DNA from: Eledone cirrhosa
Lineage: Eukaryota
Reading direction: 5' to 3'
Assembly: GCA_964016885.1 (NCBI GenBank)
Contig: OZ024743.1
Span: 264,740,001 to 264,804,000, forward strand
DNA length: 64,000 nt
Every line of letters begins with the position of its first letter. The first letter of the stretch is position 1. Below are positions 51,866 to 64,000 of the stretch, in pieces. The notes beneath the pieces are model-generated. The model was given only the letters and a program-made list of their open reading frames with translations, did no database searches and had not been told where the DNA came from. Position numbers and translations under genes: made by a program.

Positions 51866-52142
51866 TGGGATAATTGCTGGCCTTGTGCCAAAAGTAAAAA
51901 CAATTATTATTACCAGCAGTAGAAACATATATTATTACCAGCCGTATCGGTGTATTGACAGTATCGGTAGATCGCCAGACACCATGTTTTACAGAATAGA
52001 GTTATGGCCCTTTACATTCTGAATTCAAATCCCACCGATGTTAACTTTGCCTTTCATTTTTACTGGGTTGATAAAATAAAATACCAGTAATGCACTGGGG
52101 TAATTGCTGGCCTTGTGCCAAAAAGTAGAAACAATTATTATT
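51866..52142 (+). mobile_element. SINE family A: isolated 3' tail (51866-51912) followed by a full copy (51945-52142)
   Basis: TTGACAGTATCGG, GAATTCAAATCC, core, tail GGCCTTGTGCCAAAAAGTAGAAACAATTATT; ATTATTACCAG repeated on the flanks. Confidence 0.88.
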
Positions 52143-53179
52143 ACCAGTATCTTTAGCTGCATTACTGTATTATCACCCCTACTAGTATCATCATAACGAT
52201 CATTAACCTCATGTGTGTTTGTGTGTATGTCAACAGTTTGCCTTGTCTAGAATACAATATTTGTTTTGTGAGAACTTGTCGTGACAAGGAATTAGAATTA
52301 TCTTTACTACTACAGACAAAGAATTGTACATGATGGGTAATTCCCCACTTGAAACAGTTTTATTTTGGGTCCATATCATTTCTCTTAATGTCTTCCTTTG
52401 ATGTGATGGTGTCTCTAGACCAGAGCCTTCGATGGGAATAATTCCCTCAAAGGACAGTTATCTAAGGTTATAGTTTGGTGCATTCATTGGGGTGTGTGTG
52501 GTTGAGTGTTATATCTCAATTGTATCGTTCTATAATCAATTATATCTATAGTGTAGTAGGTAATCTTAACGTTGTGAGAATTGAAGAAGTTATGGTACTA
52601 ATGAATCTCACTGTAGTGTCGTATAATGAGTAACCATGCTACAGCAATATTTGCTTCCATGAGGATTTGCATATTTTGCAACAAACAGCGATGTCTATCA
52701 ACAGCAAACATGATCAAATTTTGTTCTCGTGGAGAATCTTCTTGGCTTCACTTAACCATGTGTATTTGCAGGCAGACAGCCGTCACCCTCCAACCAACAT
52801 ACCAGAATTGAATTGACTTGGCGTCGATGTCACTAACTCAAATCACTGCATTCATGCAATCATGCACAAATAGACATTGCTATCTACATTGCTTGCAACT
52901 TTAAAACAGTTCTAGTTATAATTACAATAGCGGATATAAAACTATGCAGTCTTAAAATGATAGTTCACCAGCTTCTCCATTTCATGTTTCAAGCCTAATT
53001 TTTTATTGCATCTCGAAGAGCAGGTCGTATTTGCAGCCAGGAATCCGTGTTGTAATGCAGAAATAAGTCATAGTGTTAATATAATTTTTTTTCAACTGCT
53101 GAATTATGTGTCGATAGCACTTTCTTTGGTAACAACTGTATATATATATATATATATATGCGTGTGAGTGTATATATCT

Positions 53180-53227
<48 letters not shown>

Positions 53228-53274
53228 TCACATGCACATATACACACACACATACACACACACACATGCACGAA

Positions 53275-53320
<46 letters not shown>

Positions 53321-53454
53321 CATATGTGTACGCGCGTGTGTATGTGAGTGATTGTGTATGTGTGTGTGTGTGTGCGAGTGTGTGTGGGCAAATACAAACA
53401 CATTCACTTCATGCATACATAGATACATTTATATTTAAATATATATTATGTATG

Positions 53455-53487
<33 letters not shown>

Positions 53488-53509
53488 CTTTGAAACTTAT
53501 ATATATAAT

Positions 53510-53561
<52 letters not shown>

Positions 53562-54042
53562 TTATATATATATATAAATACAAGTTACTTTGTTGTACAT
53601 GACACATGTGTCCAGAACCACTTACTAGTATTTCCATTTATAACATGTACCAACCCCACCGCACGACGAATGCACTGATGGTCTGATGTAATAATTTCAA
53701 ATTCCGTATTCAACTTACATATGACAGAGACGTGAAATATTGTGAATAAAACAGCTACAACTTAACTAAAAGCCTCGGATTATCTCCTGACTTATGGCAT
53801 TGATGGTAAACCACTCATGCACACCGACATTGTCAGTTTATTAAGTGAGGCCGGGTGAGGAGAAATATTTATCTTGAAAAACCGTTTCATCTCCGAATAT
53901 ATTTATATGTGTGAGTGTGTGCCCGTGTATATAGGTGTAGGGAGACGATTATGTGTGCGTCTGTGGTGTGTATGAGGGATAGAGAAAGAGAGAGAGAGCG
54001 AGAGAGAGAGAGAGAGATAAGCTGTGTGTGTGAGTACGTGTT

Positions 54043-54089
<47 letters not shown>

Positions 54090-54177
54090 TTAAATTGACA
54101 GAATTTATTGTATTTTTTTCAAACATTAGGCTTTTAAAACACTGTCGCAACTATTAATAATAGCAACAACAAACCTA

Positions 54178-54219
54178 ACAATAATAATAACGAATAATAA
54201 TAATAATAATAATAATAAC

Positions 54220-54294
<75 letters not shown>

Positions 54295-54362
54295 AAGAAG
54301 AAGAAGAAGAAGAACAACAACAACAACAACAACAACAATAACAACAACAACAACAACAACAA
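54178..54362. repeat. Compound trinucleotide microsatellite (AAT)n(AAG)n(AAC)n
   Basis: In-phase tandem tracts. Confidence 0.96.
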
Positions 54363-54904
54363 GCAGAAGAAGACGAAGTAGTAGTTGTAGTAGTAGGTGA
54401 TGGTAGCGATGCTTGGGACGATAACGCTGTTATGGATGAGGACGACAATGATGATGACAATACTCGTGATGATTATGATAGTTGTAATGTTAGAGGTGGT
54501 GGTGGTGATGGTTGATATTATATTATCATGACAATGCTGATGATATTGCTAGTCTTCTTTTTTTAATTTTTAACGTCGCTTTTCAGTGCTTAGCACATTC
54601 TAAAAATTAAGAGAGAGAGAGAGAGGAAGAGAAATAATAATAAAAGTCAGAAACAGAAAATCCAGAACGTTGAAAAAAGTCCACGTGATAATTCCCGTGG
54701 AAATAATATTTACTAAAGCCCCTTTTAAGATATTAAAACCATTCTTAAGATTAACTCTGTTCATATGAACGTTTAAATGTGTATGTGTGTGCGTAATTTC
54801 ACAGGTCTGACGCACACATATATATGTGTATGTATATATATATATATATACGTAAAGTGTATGTGTGCGTGTAAATGTGTATATACATACACATACACTC
54901 ACAT

Positions 54905-54957
<53 letters not shown>

Positions 54958-54961
<4 letters not shown>

Positions 54962-55140
54962 GTTTCTACTTTTGGCACAAGGCCAGCAATTATCCCAGTA
55001 CATTACTGGTACTTTATTTTATCGACCCCGTAAGGATGAAAGGCAAAGTTAACCTCGGCGGGATTTGAACTCAGATCGTAAAGAGATGTAACTATGCTGG
55101 AAAGCATGTCCGACCCTCTACCGATACTGCCAATTCACCA
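54958..55140 (-). mobile_element. SINE family A copy
   Basis: Reverse complement of core, B box and A box all present. Confidence 0.92.
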
Positions 55141-55177
55141 TAATGTGAGTGTATGTGACACCTTAATATATATATAT

Positions 55178-55345
55178 ATTGTTATACTTTGGGAGGATTA
55201 TGCTGCCACTAAAAAACACACCGACCCTTTGGGTTTGACTTTAAATCTATCATCATAATTTTACAGTCTGTTGGTGGTTTAGTTGATTGTCAAAGCATAT
55301 TCGTCCCACATTCTGCGACCTCCTCATTGATTATTTATGTTGTTA
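55178..55345 (-). mobile_element. Penelope pLTR remnant related to 48440-48656 and 62600-62785
   Basis: ATTGTTATACTTTGGGAGG..ATGCTGCCA..AAAAACACAC terminus next to (TA)n; decayed hammerhead-like motif. Confidence 0.55.
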
Positions 55346-55597
55346 ATGTTTGACTCATTTTGCCCTGTTTTACACCATCTTCATTTTGCAAAAAATTAAG
55401 ATGGTGTAAAATATCCAAATTAAGTAATTTGGATATTTATTTGAATATTTAGTCTTCTATACATCATCTTCTTTATGTGTTCATCTCCCCCTTAACCTTT
55501 TCTGACCTTAACCCTTTCCACGTATTCTTTCTCAAATCACCATAGCCCCCTTTGTTTTTAAATGCACTATTTTCAATATAAAGCGTTAGAATATGAA

Positions 55598-55682
55598 TTC
55601 TTCTTCTTCTTCTTCTTCTTCTTCTTCTTCTTCTTCTTCTTCTTCTTCTTCTTCTTCTTCTTCTTCTTCTTCTTCTTCTTTT
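55598..55682. repeat. (CTT)n microsatellite
   Basis: Pure tract. Confidence 0.97.
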
Positions 55683-56009
55683 CGACTTCAATTTCATTCC
55701 ATTCAAAATTCTCCATGAATAACTTAGTTTAGATATACATCAGTTGGACAAGTCCGTAAGATTGAAAAGCATTGAACCTATGCGTGCGTTTTCTGCAAAT
55801 CTTTTTTTTCTGTTTCGTTCTCTATCTAATTCTTCTTTTATTTCTCATTTTATCTTCCGATAATACCCTATCGTCCACCACGCTCTGATTTTTATCCTCA
55901 TATGTTAAGTGTTAATCTAATATATTTCTGCATTGTACTGTGTTGTTTGCATTGTTGTTTCCGTTTCTTTTTTGTACACACAAACAAGCATATATATATA
56001 TATATATAT

Positions 56010-56790
56010 CTAGGGCGGGTAAAATTCCCGAGATCCATGGACGAATTCTCTCCAGCGGTCTCTGTCCCTTATTATCGCTGCCATGTCCTGCGTCTCCAAC
56101 AGACCAGTGTCTGTCCTTAGGGCATCAACATACGTTAACCTTGATCTTCCTCTTCCAGTGTGTCCATGTAGGGGCTCCCACAGGAGCACTGAGTGCAATG
56201 TCAACTCTGGATCTCGGTGAGCATGTCCAGCTAACCTCAGTCCTCTATGTGTCACTTTTGAGCTGACTTTTGGGAGGCTCCCATACACCTCTGAGTTTTT
56301 CATCCTCAGTATATACTGATTAATGTTCAGAGCCATCCTCAACATTCTCGTGTAGCACCCATCCACCATCTGAGTGAGTTTCTTGGTCAGTGTCCAAGTC
56401 TCAGACGCGTACAGCAGCACAGACTCCACTACAGCAATGAAGAGGCGGATGTTCAGATCTTTACGAAGCTCCGAGTTCCACACCGATCTCAAGCTGTGAC
56501 ACGCCGCCCAGGCTTTGCTCTTCCTCTCAACCACATCATCTTCCTTATTCCCAAATACAGGTAGTCCTCAACCAACTCTAGCAGCTTCCCGCCTACATTA
56601 GTAATCCCCGCTGGCTTCTCAACATTCTCTACCAGATATTTTGTTATAGTCTCATTCATTCTCAACCCTACACTCATCGACAGTCTCAACCTCCTGCATC
56701 AAATCCTCTGCCCCCTTCACTGCATTTGTCACCAAAACTATGTCGTTGGCAAATTCAGCATCCGATATCTGTTTCGCCTTAACTCTCCTA
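56010..56790 (-). mobile_element. RTE-clade LINE 3' RT fragment, frameshifted, flanked by TA runs
   Basis: ISDAEFANDIVLV, LELVEDYLYLG, VLLYASETWTL, RLAGHAHR, GRGRSRLTYVD. Confidence 0.88.
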
Positions 56791-57974
56791 TATATATATT
56801 TACAATTTATAATCTCTTTTAAACTGTAGTCCGAAATATGCAATGATCAAGGAAGTTATTGTAAATCATTTGAGTATAACAACCTTCCCTTTCCGAGTGA
56901 CAGCCACCTTTCTATGTGTTACGGTTCACATGAATTTACCTTTAGCTGAACATGTATGAGGATTTCATTTTGTTGAATGTCTCCTGGGCTTTTTAGTGAT
57001 ACGCATGTAGCTCTATATTGCTTAAAAAGTTTCTGGGAACAGTGGATAATATTTTAAGAACACATTTAGCTGAATTTAAACTGAGAGCAGAATTTAAACA
57101 GAGCCAAAACAAATAGGAAACATGTTTTAAATTTCACTATCCCATCAACCAGACTACAACTGTATTCATCGATTCGGAAAAAGAAAATGTGAAAAGCAAA
57201 TTTTCTACGGTAAAACAAGAACACAGATTGCAAAGAATCCAAACAAATGTGGCAAGAAATACCGACGACTCCGACAAATCAACGTCTTAATATATTACCT
57301 TGTCAGCCAATATTTCCTTCAAAATCAATATTGCTTTAGTAATCGATATAAATGTGATTCGTAGCTGTCTTTCGTTTGTTATTCATTGTCTCATATATAG
57401 AGCGTGTCTGTCCACATCCATCGGAAAATGCCATTTAGTGCGAAAAACAAGTACACAAGTATATGTTCTACTCCACAGGCCTCAAACTGTTAGAGAAAAC
57501 GGCTTCATATTCGAATGATATTTTATAATGGACTCTTCAAACCACACCTCGAAATATATGTTTGAAATATTTCCTATGTATTCAACTGAAATTCTGAATG
57601 TATGTATGGATATACGTATGTATGAATGTATGAATGTACGTATGTATGTATGTATATGTATGTATTTATGTTTGTATGTATGTATCTTCTAGTTTTATAA
57701 TTTCCCAAATGTTTGCCGAGAGTCGGGTTCTAACATAGATACAAGATTCTCTCATTGGAATTTACACACCAACTAGGTAGATATGTATGCATGTCTGCAT
57801 GCATGCATGTGTGTGCAGGTATGGATGTTATTTTATGTATATATCCTTTGAGTCATATGTGTACATGTGCATATGCTTTGTATCTGTATACATATGTGTA
57901 TAGATGTGTATGTATATGTGTGCATGTATGTGTGTATATATATATATGCAGATATATGTGGATATGTGTATGCA

Positions 57975-58049
<75 letters not shown>

Positions 58050-58052
<3 letters not shown>

Positions 58053-58173
58053 TAAACGGAATAGAAAATGCTGACAAATTGTTCACAGTTGAAAATGGTT
58101 TAATTAGGAATAAAAGAGTATTAGTGATTGTATGGGTTAGTATTCAGTTGTGGTTTTAAGTTTTTAAGTTTTT
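58050..58173 (+). repeat. Near-identical copy of 21576-21700, again directly after (TA)n
   Basis: TGGTAAACGGAATAGAAAATGCTGACAAATTG...TTTTAAGTTTTTAAGTTTTT. Confidence 0.9.
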
Positions 58174-58771
58174 ACCGGTTGCGCATTTCTAAATGCTTTT
58201 CAAAAATAATTTTGAGATAGAGTGTCCGTGCTGTTTGCTCTGATCTGTATGTATGTGTGTATATGTATGTATGTGTGTATATGTATAAATATATATGTGT
58301 GAGTGCGTGTGCATGTGTAATTATATGGGTATGTAAGAACCAGAATATGTATGTGAACTGTATGTATGTTTATATATAGGGAAGTAAGTATGTGAGCTAG
58401 CATGAGCCAGCACCTCCCCTCCCAAACCAATATCAACACCATACATTTCTATCAACAAATATTCCCAAACTAACCTAATTTACTCTTTGCTATCATCTCC
58501 TTTTTATCAGAAAACATGTATCTTATACCTCGTTAGTTCCCACTCCCACCAGACACACACAAATTCATCTTTAATATAGAAAATTGTTGAAGTTTTTCTT
58601 TATAAATTCAAGATAGTTTATTCAGCTTTAAGAAAAGAATTTGAAAAGCATCTAACCATTATATTTTATTCACCAAAGGTCGTCTATTGAAATGGAACCA
58701 GTCGGAGGGCACTTTCACAGAGTCTTTCAAAAACACTCCTTAAACACCCCAACCACTCTCAATCAATTATC

Positions 58772-58940
58772 GTAGAGGGTCGGACGCCATTCTTTGCAGC
58801 ACAGTTACGCCCCTTTACGGACTGAGTTCAAATCCCGCTGAGGTTAACTTTGTCTTTCATCCTTACGAGGTCGATAAAATAAAGTACCAGTAATACACTG
58901 GAGTAATTGCTGGCCTTGTGCCAAAATTAGAAACATTTAT
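58772..58940 (+). mobile_element. SINE family A copy
   Basis: GAGTTCAAATCCCGCTGAGGTTAACTTTG...GGCCTTGTGCCAAAATTAGAAAC. Confidence 0.9.
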
Positions 58941-59099
58941 TTTCTCTCACTTCTTGTGTGCATATATATGCTTTAATTACATTAAATCTTCATTACCACT
59001 CCTTCACTCCCACACTCATTAACAACCCCAACTCACCAGACACACCCAAATCTCTTATATATAGAGTCACACATTACAACACAACCTGGGATTAGTTTG

Positions 59100-61060
59100 A
59101 CAATCGCCACCGAAGAATGCGAGAAAGTTCCACAGGAAAATTACCTAACCAATATTCGCCTCCCAACACCCTCTTAGGCTAATAACCCCTTCTTGTTCAG
59201 ACTTAGGTAAAGCAAGTAAGTACATTTCTGACAGAATAATCCCAGAGTTGAAAAGCAAAATCAACGTCAACCTTTGATCTTGTACTATCGACGTAATCAA
59301 CTGGTTTAATATTATGAGCGGTAAACGGGAGATTAGCTTTGTGCAGTTTGACACATCCAACTTCCATGCCTCCATTTCCCCGGTGCTTATGAACCAGGCA
59401 CTCCACCTCGACCTTCAGGAGTCCAGCCATACCAGGAGGGAAATAGATCTAATTACACTCGCCAGTAAAACGCTCATAGGGCTTGACGGACATCTCTGGG
59501 AAAGAAAGGAGAGGCCTGACTGCTTCGACAATACGATGGGGTCGAATGACTCCGCGCAAATAACCGACCTCATTGGGATTTTCCTGCTTCATAACATGCA
59601 GCGCGAGTTCCCGCGGTAGGGGCGGACTCTATAGGGATGAAGCTCTTTTCCCGGTCCGCAGCATACACGCGGGGAATCTGGAGCGGCTTAGGAAACAGTT
59701 TAAGCGTTTCTTCCAGAACTACGGACTGGGGCTCCACATAGAACCTGGTTCGAGGACTGCGGATGTTCTAGACACGACCCTGAAACTCGACGCGAAGTAA
59801 CCCGATCTCTCCTTCCTCGCAGCACCTTTGAAACTGGTCCCTTATTGGGAGTGACACAATACCGGTGTACTGAAAACTATGGCAATCATCCCACACGCGC
59901 CCGCCGCATCCGGTCGCTTCCGAGAGTGGTACAGACGGAGAATGTAGCGGGCATTCTGAGGGTGGGCCTCTTGATGAGGTATATGTGGGGTGCCATCTAG
60001 ACTACAATGGCCTGGCCCTGGTGGTATGTATGGCGGTTCTATTAAACCCCCGTGTGGTCTTGTACCCGCGCCCTCGGACTCCTCTCATCATATTTTGCCA
60101 CGTTCGCATGACCACATTTCCCGCGATGGTCATGAGTGTGAGCCACCGCTGTCTATGGACGCGAACCCCCTAGCGAGCACATGCAGTTCACCGGCATGCA
60201 AACGGCGCATCACCTGCACCCCTCAGTACCAACTCCACGTGTCTTGCCTGCATCATGAGGAGACCCGCACATACCAACGTGGATAATGGAGTTAACGGAA
60301 TAGTCGTGGGTCTCGCAGTGGAAATGTAACATGGCAGAATACCCCCTACTCCATGAGCCCTAGAAAAAACGTGGCAGGCCTCTTCTTCCGGGCCCTGGAC
60401 GAATTCTTTCCACCCTCGCACTGATACCATAAGCTTTTCAATCGGCACACGGTGAAGTTCTCTTTCTCCACCATGCAGAGCTCATTGCCTCCATCAATCG
60501 TAAGATGTCCAGAAGTACCTCAATATTGACCGAGGTTTGCCGACTATTCAGAAATCAGGAGAAGCAAGGACACCGTTCCATCCCTCGTAATTAATCGGAA
60601 CACCAATGCAATATCCTCACTTTCGCATGGAACACTTTGTCCTACAGTGCCACTGGTAGACCTCTGACGAACTGCAACTGCAGATCCCCCCGTGACTGCC
60701 TCCTCAACAACCGCTGCAGAATTTCAGGATTGGTCTACAGCTGTTCGGTCTCTACGAAAGAGCGGAATTTGTGTAAGTTGGTTCCACAAGTACGGAGTTC
60801 AAATCCCCATTCTACAAACACATGTGCTCCTTCAGACATGGAAGCAAGAGGTCCAACATTAGTCTTGTCGGGTGAGTGTGGAGGCTCAAGGATGAGATCT
60901 GAAACATCAAATTGAAGTGGAAAATTCTCCGTTTTGCGAACACCCGGGGGCTGGAGGTGAGGTTTGTTGGCTCTATATCTCTTGGAATGCATTCAAATCT
61001 AGGTTCGGGATCCTGAATAATTGTATGCATCGAAGGACCCATCTGTTCACTCATCTTGCA
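59100..61060 (+). mobile_element. Degraded, GC-richer Penelope-like element of the same type as the 827-aa element
   Basis: LRLITPSCSDLG, FVQFDTSNFHASI, MGSNDSAQITDLIG, GGLYRDEAL, CNCRSPRDCLLNNRC..LVYSCSV; many frameshifts. Confidence 0.87.
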
Positions 61061-61321
61061 GTTAGGGGCACTGCACTTACTTAGGAGGCTAGCGACGATG
61101 TCATGACACGGTAACCCCCAATTCTCGCCTCAAAACACCAGCAACCCCCTTTTCTTGCATTTTTGTGAGTGTATTTTTGTGATGTATATATGTATGTGTG
61201 TGTGTGCGTGTGGATGTGTATGTATAAATGTTTGTATATATATATATATTTTTTTTTTTTTTGTGAATATATATATATATATATATGTATATGTGTACAT
61301 ACACATATATATGTGTGTGTT

Positions 61322-61368
<47 letters not shown>

Positions 61369-61466
61369 CGGAAGAACTCATAAGAGTCAACTGTCATCCA
61401 AAAATGTGTAAATATGTATATATACACATGTACATATGTATGTGTATGTATGTGCGTGTGTATATG

Positions 61467-62184
61467 CCTGGGGTGTCAGGGATGGGCATATACCTCTGTA
61501 GGGATGGCTAGCCATGCCCTTTTCAGGACAGCTCGTCTTGCATTGGGTCCCACCTGATACTCAGCTCTCACCTGTTGCCCCAAGAAGCTGTAGCATGCGA
61601 CGGCGGCCCACATCCCGATAAACCGCCTTGGCTGGCGGGCAGAACCAGGTTGAGGGTAGCCGGACGGGTCCTAAATCCCCTGGTGAGTTAGATAGGGGAT
61701 TCCTGCCCCTGCATGGGAATACTGGACCCGGCGGAGTGAGTGGAGGAGGATAATATCGTCCCAACGGTCACAAAGGAGGCGACAGCAAGCGGTGTGGAGC
61801 GCTAGGGCACGGCAAGGCACTACAAATGTCGTGACCATCCACTGCAGCCAAGGAAGTCCCTGGTCGTGACGGTCCTCCGTACCACCTGATTCTGGCTTCA
61901 GCGACCGAGTGTGGGACCGTCACTGTGCACTGGCCCTCCCACGATAAACGTTACCCGCACAGGTTTCTTCTTTAGCGTGCACTCTCAAAGCCCTGCATCG
62001 ATGGGCGAGGGGTGGAGGTAACCTCTCGGAGTTGCCAGTCTGACTCCGGTCTCTTCCCCTGCCCCCCACTGTCCCTGGACCTGCAAGTGAGGGATCGGCC
62101 TCTACAGCCACCTTCGTGCCCACGGCAGACGGGAACAACAATAAAGAAGATGTCATCATCGTTTACGATGGACAACCAAGAAGA
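61467..62184 (+). mobile_element. Non-autonomous RTE derivative: structured 5'-UTR-like region fused to the extreme 3' end
   Basis: GC-rich island. Ends with coding for FPCPHCPWTCK*GIGLYSHLRAH (RTE C-terminal C2H2-like motif), then CATCG-TTTA-CGATG hairpin and AAGAAGA tail. No EN or RT between. Confidence 0.7.
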
Positions 62185-62261
62185 TATATATATATATATA
62201 TATATACATATGCCTGTGTAGTATGTGTATGTATATTTGTATATATGTGTATATATGTATA

Positions 62262-62352
62262 CTAGCTTCCCATTGGTGTTACTAGATTCATGAAATGTAT
62301 ATTTACCAACGTCTCTCCAAAGACGTGCGTTGCTGTCCCCCATTACAACCAA
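62262..62352 (-). mobile_element. Short APE endonuclease fragment of a LINE between TA runs
   Basis: VVMGDSNARLWRDVGKYTFHESSNTNGKLV (GDFNA..G....N.NG motif). Confidence 0.65.
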
Positions 62353-62402
62353 CTATATATATATATATATGCTTTAATGTAGAAGACCTTCCACTGGGCT
62401 AG

Positions 62403-62782
62403 AGGACAAAATGAAGACATACAGACACACACATCCAAACTAACAAAACAAATTAGACAAACACAGATGGAACAAACAACCAACTAGTGACAAATAAATA
62501 AACACATACATAAATAAAACACACACACACACGGATGTAAAGCATTCGCAATCTAAGCACACAACGCACAACACAAACAATCGTGTAGGACAGAACAAAG
62601 GAGAGACATACAAAATAAAAAACCTAGTCCATGAGGAGTTCACATAATGTGTAACGAAAGAGCTTTCACAATATATAAACAACTTTCCGGTTATCTAACC
62701 AACCGGAAGTTTATCATAAATTGAAGTGAAAACCAACAGGTGCGTGTGTTTTTATTGGCAACATGGTTTTCCAAAAGTATAA
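62403..62782 (+). mobile_element. Solo Penelope pLTR, same family as 48280-48656
   Basis: AGGACAAAATGAA..., GTAGGACAGAACAAAGGAGAG, AACCAACCGGAA and CCAAAAGTATAAC shared and collinear. Confidence 0.82.
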
Positions 62783-64000
62783 CTATATATATATAAAGTT
62801 GTAGTTCTTGTCTGTTTGTTTGTTTGTTCACGAAATCCTCCTATGGTTTTGGAGATAGACCCCATAACTATATATATTCTGAAACTACATTGCCCAGGGT
62901 ACTTGGTTAAGAATATTTCATTTTAATCAAAAGGTTCCCCAGGGGCACAAACCTCCGCTGAAAATCTTTTCTCTTCGATTTATATAAGATGTAAACCATA
63001 TAACAAAATATGATACCGATTTACAAAATTTCAGCAAATTTCAATAATATTAAGACACCCTAATGGCGATTAAACTCCCTATAATGAATGTTTTGGCCAA
63101 TAAATGGAACAAGATGTGTTGTAACAAGATTGCATGAGAACTTGATTGAAGCAACCATTATATTCGGGGCTTAAAAAGGTTAAGCTCTTCTCATTCCGAG
63201 GATTCCACTTATACCAAGTGATAGCGAGTTGCCTTTTACATTTAAGAGGCAGCAGTTCCCATTGAGGCCATGCTTTGCCAAGGTCAAACTTTCAAAATTA
63301 TTGGTATAGATCTGACAAACACATGTTTCAGTCATGGCATGTTTTATGTGGCTGTGTCAAGGACTGGAACTTCGAAAATTCTCTATATTTTAGAAAATAA
63401 TTACAATAAATGTTTTTTACCATGAAGTTCTTCATTAGCACAAAGTATGAAATATATTTTCATGTATTTAGTATCTTAAAAAAATAAATAATTAAACTTT
63501 GAATTTCTAATTTTACATATAATATTTTACAAATAATATTTTACACAAAAAAGAAATGATCAAGTTTTGAATTGAAATTTAAAAAAAAATAATTTGCAAG
63601 AAACAAAATAAGAATAAGATTTAATAATGTAATTTTGATTTGATATATTACAAACAATAATTGTTTCAACGTTTGGCACAAGGCATGACTGGTACTTTAT
63701 TTTATCGACCCCGTAAGGATGAAAGGCAAAGTTAACCTCGGTGGGATTTGAAATCAGAATGGTACGGGCCGTAACTCTATCCGTCAAAGCATGGCGTCCG
63801 AGCCTCTAACGATACTGCCAATCCACCGCCGATATATTACAAAAAGTAATGTTTTCCAATCTTTCATGCATTACATTTTACATTAAGTAATATTGAAATG
63901 CAGAGTTTTTCTCCATAAATTGTATCACTGATTTAATATCAATAAACATTTTCTTACAAATAAAAAAAAAGAAATGTGTGAAACGCAGCAAGGCGCGGGT
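62783..64000 (+). mobile_element. Helitron deletion derivative carrying the PIF1-type helicase C-terminus; 3' end at or beyond the window edge
   Basis: 63190-63362 encodes IPRIPLIPSDSELPFTFKRQQFPLRPCFA / QGQTFKIIGIDLTNTCFSHGMFYVAVSR. 5' CTATATATATATAAA..(TGTT)n; GC-rich hairpin-like ACGCAGCAAGGCGCGGGT at the end. Confidence 0.78.
63655..63830 (-). mobile_element. Full-length SINE family A copy inserted in the Helitron, with a 13-bp target site duplication
   Basis: GATATATTACAAA at 63642-63654 and 63831-63843. Confidence 0.93.

Noticed and set aside
61364-61400. CGGAAGA ACTC ATAA GAGT hammerhead-like hairpin
   Set aside because: Lacks GAAA and a convincing stem I; at most a decayed relic.

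Overview
AT-rich animal genomic DNA, dense in microsatellites. The repeat content suggests an octopod cephalopod (inference). No host protein-coding gene can be supported; almost all interpretable sequence is transposon-derived. Main contents: (1) two head-to-tail Tx1/L1-clade non-LTR retrotransposons joined by (ATT)n and sitting in the Asn-codon repeat of an older Penelope element, plus two older Tx1 fragments; (2) an intact-ORF Penelope-like element (827 aa, RT + GIY-YIG) with tandem and inverted pseudo-LTRs, each carrying a minimal hammerhead ribozyme with a variant core; (3) several other Penelope remnants in (TA)n tracts, carrying canonical, U3-A8 compensatory and decayed hammerheads; (4) about ten copies of a tRNA-derived SINE whose 3' end aligns without gaps to the Tx1 3' end, suggesting a LINE-SINE pair that favours (ATT)n; (5) a mariner derivative whose 5' end is replaced by its own 3' end; (6) RTE, R4-like, CR1-like and Helitron remnants and a tRNA-like cloverleaf. 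All structure and family calls were made by eye, without searches.
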